DNA of 64,000 bases from Octopus vulgaris (Eukaryota): assembly GCA_951406725.2 (NCBI GenBank), contig OX597814.1, positions 173,662,001 through 173,726,000 of the forward strand, written 5' to 3'. This document shows, in pieces, positions 28,600 to 42,463 of this stretch. Both the position numbers and the translations under genes were made by a program. How positions within the stretch are numbered: the stretch's first letter is position 1; each line of letters opens with the position of its first letter. Below the pieces are notes generated by a model. That model searched no databases, was not told the origin of the DNA, and saw only the letters and a program-made list of their open reading frames with translations.

Positions 28600-29879
28600 G
28601 TTCATATCAATTTGGGCTTCAATTTTGCTATTCTTTCCCAACTTTTCAGAGTTGATAATCATCAGTAATGTATTGGATTGATTTAAACTGAATATATTAT
28701 GAAGTTGGGACTTCCATCCAAACTGTGACTTCATCAAAGCAATTGTTAGAATTATTTTATGTTAGGTAAAGGGTCATGTGTTAACGTCTGGGCATCGAAA
28801 CAATAGCTTTCCCAGATTTTAATTTCGCATCAATCGACTGCAATGCGACTACGTAAGTTATTTATTACTCTACAGATCACCTCTCTAGAATTAAATACTG
28901 TATAAATGCTTTAATGCTATAAATATATCTATCTACCTCCACATATTTCATTTGTTTTACTGGTAGTTCAGATTGTGTAGCTGATGTGTCAGCAAAAACA
29001 ATCTCCAGGAGATAGATACTATACTGACATAACGAATCGTTACATTTCGATTCATTATTATGACAAGAATTAAACTCCAAAATATAAGCAGGCATAAATG
29101 GCTGGCTAATATTTTTTATATAAGTAATATGACATTATAAGGATTAATTTGGGATAGTATTTTGTAGTTAGATCATACAGCATACTAGGAGAAAATACTG
29201 GTTCAAAGACAAAATAGTATATAGAGAAAACCTACAGAGTAAAAAGATCAGGAAAAGATAAACCATTTGAATTTACCCACCTTTTAGTATGAATGTAGCT
29301 TCTAATTCAAAGCGAAATGTCTCATAGGTAGTAAAGCAAACATTTCCCTAACATAGTTTACTGAATAAGAAATGTCTCAAACGGTATCAATAGTACAATC
29401 TTTTTAATAAGAGCAATGTAAACATTAGCTATAGTTGCATTGAAAATACTGCAATTCAAACATCCTGATGTACCAGTATTAATGATACTAGGAATAAAAC
29501 AAATAAACTACCCGAATAAACTAGCAAATAACTCACAAAAGCTCTTATATGTAATGCTAAAATTGTATCCACAGATGGTTTCAAAAAAAGTGGGTCATCC
29601 GTTTCAGAAGTGATGTATAACCCATTTAAAAGTATGCATTCATTTATATTCAGTGATAGAATAAACGGACCTCTTCATCTCAGAATATCAGGGAACTGTA
29701 GGGAACAGAACTGAACTATACCTAGAAATTAGTCTGTAGGTGGACGTGGTTGGGTGGTAAGAAGCTTGCTTCCAACCACATGGTTCCGAGTTCAGTCCCA
29801 GTGCGTGACACCTTGCGTGTCTTATATTATAGCCTCAGGCCGACCAATGCCTTGTAAGAGGATTTGATAAACGGAAAAT

Positions 29880-29939
<60 letters not shown>

Positions 29940-30745
29940 CGTGTGCGTGTGTGTGCGTGTGTGTGCATATGTGTGTGTGTGCGCGCGTGCGTGTGTGCAT
30001 GTATGTATGTATGTGTGTGTGTGTGTCTTTGAAATTGTGTTGTCCCCACTCTCGCTTGACAACCGGTGTTGGTGAGTTTACATCCCCGTAACTTAACTGT
30101 TTCGTAAAGAGACTGAAAGAATAAGTACTAAACTTTAAGATAAAATAAGTCCTGACATCGATTTATTCGACTAAAACCCTTCAAGGCGGTACCCCAGCAC
30201 GGACGCAGTCAAATGACTTGAAGCAAGTAAAAGATAAAAGAGAAAAGAGACTCAAAATTACCAGAAGAATGTAACTTATGTCTGTCTGAGAAATTTAATA
30301 TTTTGTGGCGGAAACTCTTGAAAATGCAAAATAAAGAGCAAAAAATAATGTCTTAAAGCATACAGATAATTAAATATCTAATGAAACATTCCTTCCAACT
30401 ATAAACAGAGTAAACAAAGTATATATATATATAGAAATTACTGGTACTTTACACATGTATATATTTTATCAGAACTGGTTTAAATAAATAAATAGACATA
30501 ATATAATGTCTGAAAGCTGATGAATACTATCTCTGGATTCTCTCCATTTTCTTCTTGCCATATAAATTAAGGGTGAATCCACTTGTTGCCCTCGCCCAGT
30601 TATTACGCTCAGTAGTGTAATTGCCACGCAATAACCAACTCTTGTGTATTGATTTGGTACTCCACCAGCAGTATATTGGATAGATAGTATCTATCTCTTA
30701 GTTGGTTGGATTCCCAATCTCTAACTCTCTTTGAATTAAATTATA
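28600..30745 (+). pseudogene. Decayed Penelope-like element (Neptune-type RT thumb/linker + 3' terminal region), split by a SINE
   Basis: 29397-29447 translates NLFNKSNVNISYSCIEN, preceded by PPFSMNVASN and HFP, matching PLE WFNPPFS..HFP..IFNRNNVKISYSC; the 3' part 30490-30745 has a homologue at 44080-44330; left boundary uncertain. Confidence 0.65.
29738..30249 (+). mobile_element. SINE family C
   Basis: Head GTGGTAAGAAGCTTGCTTCC...GAGTTCAGTCCC, internal (GT)n, tail AAGTAAAAGATAAAAG. Confidence 0.85.
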
Positions 30746-30750
30746 AATAA

Positions 30751-30816
<66 letters not shown>

Positions 30817-30819
<3 letters not shown>

Positions 30820-31009
30820 GGTCCCGGGTTGAGTCGGGGTTAACCACAGTAAATAAGGTACTCAATGCATAGCAGAGTAAATTAATTTATTTTATAGAAG
30901 GAGCTTCTACAGGACTAGAACTGTTTCATTCAAATGAAATCATCATGAGCTTCCTGATGATTTCATTTGAATGAAACAGTTCTAGTCCTGTAGAAGCTCC
31001 TTCTATAAA

Positions 31010-31015
<6 letters not shown>
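30817..31015. mobile_element. (TA)n-embedded palindromic insert carrying a hammerhead ribozyme
   Basis: Perfect 61-bp inverted arms 30885-30945 / 30955-31015 plus ~68-bp unique extension on the left. Confidence 0.85.
30947..30999 (+). ncRNA. Type I hammerhead ribozyme
   Basis: GAGCTTC-CTGATGA-tTTCAttTGAAt-GAAA-CAG ttctagtc CTG-TA-GAAGCTC: 7-bp stem I, intact core, predicted cleavage after GUA (30992). Confidence 0.8.
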
Positions 31016-31054
<39 letters not shown>

Positions 31055-31140
31055 CAAACATACACACACATACATATGCACGAATACACACAAAATACGT
31101 ACATGCCTACATAAGTGCATGCAGGCATAGAGAGAGAGAG

Positions 31141-31175
<35 letters not shown>

Positions 31176-31334
31176 AATAAGGAGAGGGAGGGAGGGAGGG
31201 AAAGAGAGAGAGAGATGCCTTTATATTAGTTTATCTACGTTAAATTTCGTTTCACATGCTTGTGTGTAAGTAGATATACATATAAGTGTGTGTGTCTAGA
31301 ACTTCCGTCTATATATATATATATATATATATAT

Positions 31335-31440
<106 letters not shown>

Positions 31441-31569
31441 TAAAATGGAGTAGCTTGGTGAAGCGTTGTGGGTATTTACAATCATTTGTCGTGTGAGGCC
31501 GAAACAATGCGTGCATTATTGCGTATATTAGCTATGTATTTAATAACGCAACAACTCATCAACATAAAT

Positions 31570-31574
31570 TATTA

Positions 31575-31623
<49 letters not shown>

Positions 31624-31686
31624 CATTATTATCATTATTATTATCATTATTATCATTATTATCATTATTATTATCATTATTATTGA

Positions 31687-31743
<57 letters not shown>

Positions 31744-31757
31744 CATTATTATTATTA
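31570..31757. repeat. (TTA)n/(TCA) microsatellite
   Basis: Direct reading. Confidence 0.95.
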
Positions 31758-32249
31758 TAAATAAGTAAAATAAAACATTTCGCAAAGGAAATGATGCAAA
31801 ACCAATTATAGAAGTGTTTTATATTTTCTTATCGTGTATAGTTATATCTGCTTATTGTTGCTTTCCATATATGTTAACTGTCTTTTCTTTTCTGTTTCCT
31901 TTTCCTTTTCCTTTTGCCTTTTCTTTCTTTTTTTTTTTTTTTTTTGTTTTTCCTGCTGCCAAATCTACACCTGTCTTATGTTACAAAAAGACCAACGCCC
32001 AAACGACACGAGCAAACAATGAACATCTTGGTTTTCGTGAAAAATATCTGAGCAGTATATCATGTCAGTATTCTTTGTTAAGATGGTGCTGCTAAAATAT
32101 TGGTTTCCAAATTTAACACAAAGGCTATAAATTTGCAAGGAGAATGGACGGGACGTAGTGAAAGAGAAAAAGCGAGAAAGAGGCGTTGGAGGAAAAAGAG
32201 AACGGGGAAGAAAGAGGAAGCGAAAGAGAGGAAGGAAGTTACACATGCA

Positions 32250-32284
<35 letters not shown>

Positions 32285-32331
32285 CACAACATGTATACCT
32301 ATATATATACACATGCAAATATATATACATA

Positions 32332-32373
<42 letters not shown>

Positions 32374-33031
32374 TGTGTGTGTGAAAGGATCCCTGTACAT
32401 TGCTTCTTATTTCATCATTTTTATTAACTTTATGAAACGAAAGCTAAACAAAACAAAAAAAGATAGAAACAAAGAGAAAAATTTCTAACCGGAATTTGAA
32501 CAGCATACTTAAAAGAAAATAACTAAACACTGCTTCTCTGAACCTTTTAGATAAAGAAATTGATATAAATAGATCTTTTACTTTGAGTCAAGTAGTAAGC
32601 ATTATATAATGTAGGTAATCTCCAGATAAAGGAAACCAAACGATTCTCTAGCCCGCTTTCTTTTATAACTGGTTTTAGCACGGACAGTAGTGCCTCTTTA
32701 TGAGAATTTGTCAAGAAGCACGGAGTGTTTAGAGAGGTCGTAACTTTCCTTATAAATAAATCATTTAAACTAGGTAACAGTACTTTATTTTAAGCACATT
32801 GTCAAAAAATCATATTTGGTGTTTGAATATTATGAGAAGTACGTGTTATCAATGGGCTGAGACACGATTGAAGATGTGCCAAAGTCCAATAGCTATGATT
32901 TTTTTTTCCATAGCTAAATTAATGGAATACAACTTTTAGAATAAATGTTTTTTTTTCTTGAAAATAAAACAAAAGATATAAATACTTTAGTTTGTTGCTT
33001 CAATATTTACTTTCAACTCATTTATAGATAC

Positions 33032-33325
33032 AGGCGCAGGAGTGGCTGTGTGGAGTGGCAGGAGTAGCTTGCTTTCCTACCACATGATTTCGGGTTCAGC
33101 CCTACTTCTGGACACCTTGGGCAAGTATCTTCTACTATAGCTTCGAGTCAACCAAAGCCTTGTGAGTGGGTTCGGCAGACGGATACTGAAAAAATCCCCA
33201 CGTATATATATATATATATATATATATATGGTCAGATAACCGAAGAGATGGTGTTGTGGATTTCCACTTCGGCATCCGAAACTCAGAGTTTTATCTTGGC
33301 TATTGAATAATGGTAACATTAATTT

Positions 33326-33422
<97 letters not shown>

Positions 33423-33642
33423 TATATTTATGTATTTGTGTGTCTGTGTTTGTCCCTCGCCATCGCTTAGCACCGATGTTGGTGTGTTTACGTCCCTGTA
33501 ACTTAGCGGTTCGGCAAATGAGAGCGATAGAATAAGTACTAGGCTTACAAAGAATAAGTCCTGGAGTCGATTCGTTCGACTAAAGGCAGTGCTTCAGCAT
33601 GGCCGCAGTCAAATGACTGACACAAATAAAAGAATAAAAGAA
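33032..33642 (+). mobile_element. SINE family C with a ~100-bp insert in its internal (TA)n
   Basis: Head GGCGCAGGAGTGGCTGTGTGG, tail AAATAAAAGAATAAAAGAA; insert 33230-33330. Confidence 0.88.
33234..33296 (+). ncRNA. Type I hammerhead motif, C4 variant core
   Basis: AGATAA-CCGAAGA-GATG...CATCc-GAAA-CTCaGAG-TT-TTATCT; 6-bp stem I. Confidence 0.65.
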
Positions 33643-33664
33643 TTCTTTTTATGTCTTATATAGA

Positions 33665-34105
33665 TTGCCAGAATCGTAGGGAATCGATGAAAATGCCTTG
33701 CAGTATTTCTTACTGTTCGGTATGGTCCGAGTTCAAATCCTGCAGAAGTCGACCTTGTAGTTCATTCTAGAAGTCGACCATGCAATTCATCCTGTCGAGA
33801 TCGATAAAATAAGGCACGGATTAAGTACTAGGTACAATAGTATCATCTAACTCCCTCCCTTTAAAAGTGATGGCCCTGCTCTAAATTAAAAACAACTTAA
33901 AGGAGGTGTGCTGGCAGAATCGTTAAAGTGTTGGACAAAATACCTTGCGATATTTCTTCTGAAATTGTATGCCCAGAATTCAAATTCTGCCTTTTACCCG
34001 TTCGGGGTCGGTAAAATAAAATGCTAGTCAAGTTCTAGAGTCGATGGTATCGACTAACTTCTTCCCCTCAAAATCGCTGGCCCTGACCCTAAATTAGAAA
34101 CAAAC
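33665..34105 (+). mobile_element. Two degenerate SINE family A copies
   Basis: GCCAGAATCGT...GAGTTCAAATCC and CTGGCAGAATCGTT...GAATTCAAATTC followed by family A bodies. Confidence 0.7.
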
Positions 34106-34650
34106 ATTAATAAATCATTTACTTCCATACATGGGTTAAGTTGAATCTTTGCAGAAAAGACGTAAGCTGGAGGGGTAAGGACAAGCGAACACTATAGAGA
34201 AGAAAGATCGATAAAAAAAAGGGGTCTTCAAACAATTTCAGTTTTTCCTACAACCCGTTCAAAATCTGACCCTCTGTATCTGCATAAAAAGAATGTCAAC
34301 AATTTGCAAAGTGACCTCTCCTCCATAGCATGAGTCAATGTCCAGATGAACTGAGAACATGACGCAATTTCTGTTCCTGTTGAAAGCCACTTCACTTATG
34401 TCGTTAAAAACGCCACACCCAGAAAACATAAATATCATCCAATCTCAAACAGCTTTTTTTCATATACATTCAAGGTATATCTAATGCATATTTCTGTTAA
34501 GTAGTTAGTTTTAGAAGATCAGCACATCAAACTTTAAACTGTCTCTAATGAAGTGTTGTTAACAAATTTGTTACTAACTGAAGGAAACGCTGTAACTACT
34601 TTTGATTCCATGTTTTGACTAATTTATTCCTTTCTTTTTTTTATCATTTA

Positions 34651-35000
34651 CTAGCAGTATCACCCGGCGTTGCTCGGGTTTGTTTCGACCCTTTAGAATT
34701 GAAATTTTTGAAAAGTAAAAATTTTGCATTATGTCGCCGAAAAATGGCGACACAGCAGTCAAAAAAATCGTAAAAAATGGGGATTTTCATAGAAAAAAAG
34801 CATCTTTTTGATGTAAATAATTTTTGGTGTTAACATGGTCCGATTTGAAATTTATCTTCTACAGAAGGAAGAGCAAGCCTTCTTCTATCATACTCTCAAT
34901 TTTGGTCAACTTGCGCCGCAGGGTCTCGGAGGAGATAGTGTTAGTTGATGGCTACTAAACCTGCCATACACAGACCACTTCAACTTTATATATAGAGAGA
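34651..35000 (-). mobile_element. Non-autonomous Helitron (second subfamily)
   Basis: TC start, CCCGAGCAACGCCGGG hairpin, CTAG end, A/T target; interior unlike the other copies. Confidence 0.8.
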
Positions 35001-35459
35001 TTTATCTATTTATTTATTGCCCCGTAGACAGTAAGTTTCTGAGTAATTTCAATTGCTACCAATTTGCTCTAGAATTCGTATGAACTGTAAGCTTCATGCA
35101 AATGAAATGGCAACATTAAACATTGCATTATAAACTGACATGTTTATTTAAAGCAAAAGACAGAAAAAGAAAAAAAGAAACGAGGGCAAAACTAAAAGAT
35201 AAAACAGTAATAAGTAAAACAAACAGCGAAGCTATAGAGTTAAATATAGAAATAATCATATACAAGCAGACGACTGTTTCTACGGGGCGCAAGCGCACAT
35301 CACGTTAATGAGAGCTAGTGTCTCAGTTTGCGAAAATTAATGAAGTGCAAATTGATTATGACGGACATTTCAAATATATAAAGAGATATATACATAAACA
35401 TATACATACATAAACTGATACATACACTCATATATAAGATATTTATGGGTGAAGATCTG

Positions 35460-35624
35460 GCTGGGTGGTCGAGAAGCTTGCATCCCAACAATGTGGTCTT
35501 GAGTTCAACCCCACTGAGTGGTACCCTGCGCAAGTGTCTTCTACGTTAGCCCCAGGTTGACCAAAGCCTTGCGAGTGAATCTTATTGACAGGAACTGAAA
35601 GAAGCCTGTCATACACACACACAC

Positions 35625-35669
<45 letters not shown>

Positions 35670-35875
35670 TATATATACTCTTTTACTCTTTTACTTGTTT
35701 CAGTCATTTGACTGCGGCCATGCTGGAGCACCGCCTTTAGTCGAGCAAATCGACCCAAGAATAAGACCAAAAGAATAAGTGCCAAACTTAAGAATGAATC
35801 CTTGGGTCGATTTATTCGATTAACCCTTCAAGGTGGTGCACTAACATGGCTGCTATACAAAGAGCGAATAAAGAT
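35460..35875. mobile_element. SINE family C fragments in both orientations
   Basis: Plus-strand head 35460-35610, minus-strand tail 35676-35757, plus-strand tail 35758-35875. Confidence 0.7.
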
Positions 35876-36829
35876 CTAAGAGTCGAACTATATCTATCAC
35901 TTGTCCAATCATGTTAGCGGTTACAATTAATGGTCCTCTCAACTCTGGCAAAATTTGTATATCTATAAATGCTTTACTGGATAAGGCAATAATGTTACGT
36001 AGCCTCACTTTACACGATAACCTCGTTTAGAGGTATTAATATTCAGTATTACATCCGGATCATATTTAACCAATGGCAGAGTCGTTAGAGCATCTAATTG
36101 AATTCTTCACCGTATTTGTTCTGTTTCTCTGCCTTTTGAATTCAGATACCGCCGAGGTACACTTTCCTTTTTATCCTTTCAGGGTTGTTAAAATAAAAAG
36201 GTTCCGAGCCAAAGCTGTGGATCGATAGAACGTGAGTCTGGGTGTCTTGCGGAATTTTTTCCGACTTTTTGCGTTCTGAGTTCAAATCCTGCCATGACGT
36301 ATTTCGTTAGTACACTTCCACGTCACTCGGTTTGACATCAATACTTGAGAGCTTTGGCACTTTTAGCGAGCCCACTCTGTTGCAAGCATTAGTGTTAGGT
36401 TTTCAGTTTGAGGACATCATCTCCTTCCTTTCCACCCACCAATCTCAGAAGTTCAATAATGGTTCGTGAGTACTGCCTTCCTGACTAAAAGATTTTAAAT
36501 CAAAAGGTATGGCATATCTACATCAATGGGTTTGTACATTACATTACACATTACGACGACTACCTACATGTGCCATAAATCTGCTCGTTCGTACCTGACA
36601 GGGAACAACACACCAACGACTGACAGGCGTAAATAACAAAATATCTCGTAACTTCAGAAATTGTTGATGTAACTCTGAAAGCTTTTGTAGAGCGATTCAA
36701 GATAAAGTGAAAATTAAAACATCATATCGGAGCTCATCCTGCTGCGAAGATACCTAACACAACTCTAGTCTGTCGTCATGTTGTAGTTGTTTTTATTCAT
36801 GAGACCCAAAAATAAGAAGCTTTTATATT

Positions 36830-37232
36830 TATTTCTTTATTGCCCACAGGGGGCTAAACATAGAGTGGACAAACAAAGACAGACAAGGGGATTAAATCGA
36901 TTATATCGACCCCAGTGCATAACTGGTACTTATTTAATCGACCCCGAAAGGATGAAAGGCAAAGTCGACCTCGGCGGAATTTGAACTCAGAACGTAACTA
37001 TTTCTTTACTACCCACAAGGGGCTAAACACAGAGAGGACAAACAAGGACAGACATAGGTATTAAGTCGATTACATCGACCCCAGTGCGTAACTGGTACTT
37101 AATTTATCGACCCCGTAAGGATGAAAGGCAAAGTCGACCTCGGCGGAATTTGAACTCAGAATGTAGCGGCAGACGAAATACCGGTAAGCATTTTGCCCGG
37201 CGTGCTAACGATTCTGCCTGCTCGCCGCCTTA
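36830..37232 (-). mobile_element. Dimeric SINE family A
   Basis: Two units; 16-bp TSD AAGAAGCTTTTATATT at 36814-36829 and 37238-37253. Confidence 0.9.
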
Positions 37233-37520
37233 AAGAGAAGAAGCTTTTATATTCATCCCCTTTTATAGTACGAAGTCGATTGGATATACATCCCCGAAAG
37301 AAGAGATAATTTGCATATTTATTCTAGGACAAGAATCATAAATTGAAACAGTTCGTTAATTGTTTAACCAGTAAATCTTTGTGATTCATCAGTGAATGGT
37401 GAGCATTGACGCGTGATATGCAAAAGAACACTGATGTTCATGCATCACTGCTAACTCTCTGATAAAACCAAGAGTTCATAGAGTAAAAATGTTTCTACTG
37501 GATATCGAAACCAGATAGCA

Positions 37521-37587
<67 letters not shown>

Positions 37588-37876
37588 TTGCACGCGCACA
37601 CATGCATACATTCACACACATAGAACTATGGCTTTCCTGATAATGTCAATGGGAATCATCAGGGAGAATTTCAACGAGGATTGTTTATTGAAAACATGAA
37701 ATGTTTATGTACAGAAAGACTGGCCTATATTTGAAAGATAGACAGAGAAACTCGTACACGCGAAAAGTTTAAAAGTCAAACATTACTATTTTTACCGCAT
37801 GCTGTTCAACAAGAACAAACTTGTTGTGCACACTGAATTTAATTTATACAATAGTTTTAATATTTAGAATATATAT

Positions 37877-37937
<61 letters not shown>

Positions 37938-38094
37938 ACTTTCCATTGGTTTATATGTTTGTGTATGTATGTATGTAAGGAACATGCTCAACTGGTTACG
38001 GTCAAACAACTGACAAGCAAATCTGGGGTATTGAGCAGAATTATTATTATTGTTGTTGTTGTTGTTGTTGTTGTTATCATCATCATCATCATCG

Positions 38095-38280
38095 TTGGCA
38101 CGCCGGAGGAAAATGCTTAGCAGCATTTCGTCCGTTTTTACGTTCTGTTTCCAAATTCGCCAAGGTCGACTTTACCCTTCATCCTTTCGGGGTCGATTAC
38201 TTTCGAGCACTGGGATCGATGTAATCGACTTAACCTCCTCCCCCAAAATTACTGGCCTCGTCTCAAAATTTGAAGCCATT
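38095..38280 (+). mobile_element. SINE family A
   Basis: GTCGACTTTACCCTTCATCCTTTCGGGGTCGAT body. Confidence 0.8.
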
Positions 38281-38469
38281 ATTATATGACACTGCCGACC
38301 CGGTTTCCTGCAATTCTTATTGTTTTGAATGGTAACAGTGGAATCTTTTCTACTTTTAAGTGAATTAGTGAATAGTTTTAAAGAACGGATGGGAAATGCA
38401 AACATATGTGTGCTGTTCTTAGTAATAGCTATCTTATTTTATATATTTGAATTATTGTCCTTCTTTTTG

Positions 38470-38574
38470 TTGTTTTTTTTTTGTATCGTCTATCTGGATG
38501 TTTTGTTGTCCCTTTTTTTGTATCACCTGTCTGAATATTTTGCGTTCTTGTCCCATTTTGTATTTATATATATT

Positions 38575-38627
<53 letters not shown>

Positions 38628-39363
38628 GAGTTATTAAGGTTTGGACTCTTATATGTAAGTATATATTTATCTAAATCTTGTATGACTCTATTCATTCTTT
38701 CTACCAGCCCTTTCACGCTTATTCGTTCATTCCACCCTTCGTTCTTTCGTTCTTCCTCTCTCACGTTTCTCTGCTTTCTCTTCTTGCTCACTTTCCCTCC
38801 TCTTTTCACTTCACTGTGTCCCCGTCATTTTTTCTCGCACCTCCTTAATTCTTCTGTCCCTCTGCCTCTACCTCTCTCTCTTTTCTCCCACCGTGACCGG
38901 TGTTCGGCCAATCCTGAACTTTCTTTCTTGGTTCAGCCGTCGTCCGTGCAACATCTATATTCCTCCCTGTGAAATCTTGTATCCCTGCCGTAAGGCTGTA
39001 TTTCCGGACACGCCAGCTTAATTTAATTCGTCCTTAATCGAAAGACACCTGTTGCTATGTCTTGTTATTTGTATTTGTGTAACATTCTCCGTTTTTTTTT
39101 CGTCCTTGTTTTCGTATACATTCGCTACTTTCTTCCAAGGAATCTAATGCTCTTAGCTTAGTTTCTCCTTGGGGCTGGCCAGATTGGAGCAATCTCGAGT
39201 ATAACCAGCCGAAATTGCAAAGATAATCTGGAACTCGACTGAGAAAAGAAAACTCCGAATGACTCGACCTTGTTTTCTTTGCATCGTCTATCTGGATATT
39301 TTGCTGTCCTTTTTTTTATGTATCACCTGACTGTCTGGATGTTTTGCGTTTTGTCCCATTTTG

Positions 39364-39367
<4 letters not shown>
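38470..39367 (+). mobile_element. Unclassified (TA)n-associated element with duplicated ~100-bp 3' end
   Basis: ATCGTCTATCTGGAT...GTCCCATTTTGTATTT-(TA)n at 38470-38566 and 39270-39367. Confidence 0.55.
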
Positions 39368-39455
<88 letters not shown>

Positions 39456-39547
39456 ATTATATACTTCTTTTCTCACTCCTTTTCTTTCTCTCTCTCTCCC
39501 ACTCCTACTCTCTCTCCCTGCCACTCCTACTCTCTCCACTCTCTCTC

Positions 39548-39606
<59 letters not shown>

Positions 39607-39722
39607 TTTCTTGTTCGTCCAGTTTATTGAACAGCCAGATAGTTTTACTAACACTAACAATGTAAAATATAAGATTGGCAGACAACTAACATTCCGAGCA
39701 CTCCTTGTTCTCACATGCTCGC

Positions 39723-39781
<59 letters not shown>

Positions 39782-41027
39782 CCCTTTACTGCTCATTTTT
39801 ATGTATGTGTGTGCTCATGCACACACAGGCACAAACCAAATAATTGCATTATTGTTCATTTATTTTCCCAACAATGGTGAAGCCTTCGCTGAAAATATTA
39901 ATTTGATATTACCCACTCCGCTGTTATATTTCTTCAAAACAGTAAACACGCTTTGATGACCTTGTGTTAATATAAGTAATTATTATTAATATACGGAGGT
40001 CATTTCAGTAGGAGTATAACGCTCCTGAAAAACAGTTTTTGATCTCGGTCAAAGTTATTTTCGTTCACATTGGTAGTTAATGTCTTTGAGAAAAGCATAA
40101 ACTTCACACTAGATACCTTCATATAGAACATCACATATTTGAGATATGTACTGGGCAAGTATAATCTGTCCTAATGTATTAGCGGAGCATGGACGAGACA
40201 GTTGCTCGTTTGTTTTCTGCAAAACACATCACAGATTTCCTGCATGTTTGTAGACATAAAAATTATCAATTCCTCATCTATTAATGTGTAACCTCATACA
40301 CAGACAATTGCGTATATATATATATATATATATATATAGATAGATATGAGCATGTGCTTAATTTATAGATTGGAATTCCAACAGTTCCAGTGAAAGCTAA
40401 TATAATAATGTACATTCACAAATATGATAAGGAAAAAAAAGTTATATGAAACACAGACATTCATACCTCAGACATTCATACACAGAAACACTCAGAAATT
40501 ACGATGTAATCTCGAACATCGCCGTGCATCACTGACCAACCGTGATTATAATTATGAAAGGAAAGTAATCTTGTACGAAATTCTGTTATAGAAAATCGCA
40601 ATAACGAGCGATATAACGTTGCTTTTTTTAAATCCAGGTTGTATTGTCGATAAAACAGTGTGTGGGACGAATGGCTAAAAACGGTAGGGTACTGGACTGA
40701 AAGAGTTGTAGTAATCAATTACGTTTCATAATGTTTGGAATTTATATTCGATATAAATCTATATAGCAGGAATGTACTGAGACGGATGTATGAATAACCA
40801 ACCCTTCTTAACAATGTCTAGCTCTGTGCCAATCAATGAACACAATGCTAGTCGATGTGGAGTGCAAGTAATCTTCCAGTGTTTCCCGTCCTGAGTGCAA
40901 CTTTCCGCTCTCGTTGGGAAGTTTCACTATCTTTCATTCATTAAAGCCATTAAATAAAAAAGGCATGAATGTCAAAGTTTCTTGCCTTTCTTGTTGAGCA
41001 TCTCAGATTTGTGCTTATATATACAAA

Positions 41028-41257
41028 GGCGGCGAGCTGGCAGAAACGTTAGCACGCCGAGCGAAATGCTTAGCAGTATTTCGTCTGCCATTACGTTCTG
41101 AGTTCAAATTCCGCCAAGGTCGACTTCGCCTTTCATCCATTTGGGGTCGATTAAATAAGTACCAGTTACGCACTGGGGTCGATGCATTCGACTTAATCCC
41201 TTTGTCAATCCTGTTTGTCCCCTCTATGTTTAGCCCTTTGTGGGCAGTAAAGAAATA
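41028..41257 (+). mobile_element. Young SINE family A (long-tail form)
   Basis: Intact head GGCGGCGAGCTGGCAGAAACGTTAG; 12-bp TSD TATATATACAAA at 41016-41027 and 41258-41269. Confidence 0.92.
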
Positions 41258-41570
41258 TATATATACAAAAAAATCTAATTCTTCCAGACGATGGTCAGTG
41301 AAGTGACAGTTACCGTAGGCTGTTGCACAAATCCTAGAAACAACTTAGTTATTCCCCTTGTAGACGGTTAACTGGGTCTTAACATAACATGTTTCGGCAC
41401 AGTTCAAATTTTGGCACAGAGCCAAAATTTGTAAAGCGACAGAAACAAAATTGTAAAGCGGCAGAAACTGTAGATTGTTGCACGAATACTAGAAACAACT
41501 TAGTTATTCACCTTGTAGACGGTTAACTGTGCTGAAACATAACATGTTATCAACTAGGTGCACTGGTTCA

Positions 41571-41774
41571 CCCTTTAGCATTCAGATTACTCTGTCTAAT
41601 GTAATGCATATTCATTCACATTTCATTATCTTGTAGCTCCGAGATTTCTACGATGCGATTGTTTATTTTTAGAACAAAATTGCAAGGTAAGTGTAAGAGA
41701 TCAGATCTGACATGTGTAAGCATAAAATAGGTTGAAAATTTAGACCTGATATGGCCGGTTTCAATGTTAAAGGG
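41571..41774. mobile_element. piggyBac-like MITE
   Basis: TIRs CCCTTTAGCATT / AATGTTAAAGGG flanked by degenerate TTAA (TTCA, CTAA). Confidence 0.7.
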
Positions 41775-42431
41775 CTAAAACAGTCATGAGAAAACTGCGG
41801 CCCAAGGGACTTTCTGAATGACATGCCTAACGAAAAATTACCTAGAATGCTTTTTAGATGTGCGACTACCTGACGATGAATCCTGCTTCCTACGACCCGC
41901 TTTTCGAAAAAGGTTGCCCATGTCTGGATTAACAGAGGAGTGTCTTTGGCAGCGGATACAGTAAGCTACTTAATCATAACAACTTTGTGGACTGAACTAA
42001 TAAAGGTTAACGATAAGGAGTGTTTAGCTGTAGAAGGAGACAAGAACCAGCAGCGACCCTTGGGTTCATAGTTGACACTCGATTGATAACTGACAATGAA
42101 GGAATGAAAGTGCAAAAAATCGCATATTTAATAAATATAGAGGAATTAGATTTAATGCTTTTCCTAAGTTCATTTGTGAAGTAAGTCAAGTGATCTGGTA
42201 GCATCAGTCGATAAGTGTAATCGTATGATACATGCTTATTTAAAATATTGGTTTCAAGTTTTGACACAAGGCCAGCAAATTTTGGGAAGGGGGAAGAAGA
42301 CTCCGAAAGAATGAAAGGCAAAGAAGTCGACCTCGGCGGAATTTGAACTCAGAGCATAAGAAGGACGAAATGCCGCAGAGTATTTTGCCCGAAATATATC
42401 TATATTACCAACACATACGTTCATGCGCGCG

Positions 42432-42463
<32 letters not shown>

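Noticed and set aside
41283-41320. Hammerhead at CCAGACGATGGTCA...TGACAGTTACCGTA
   Set aside because: Both core segments are mutated and stem I is missing.
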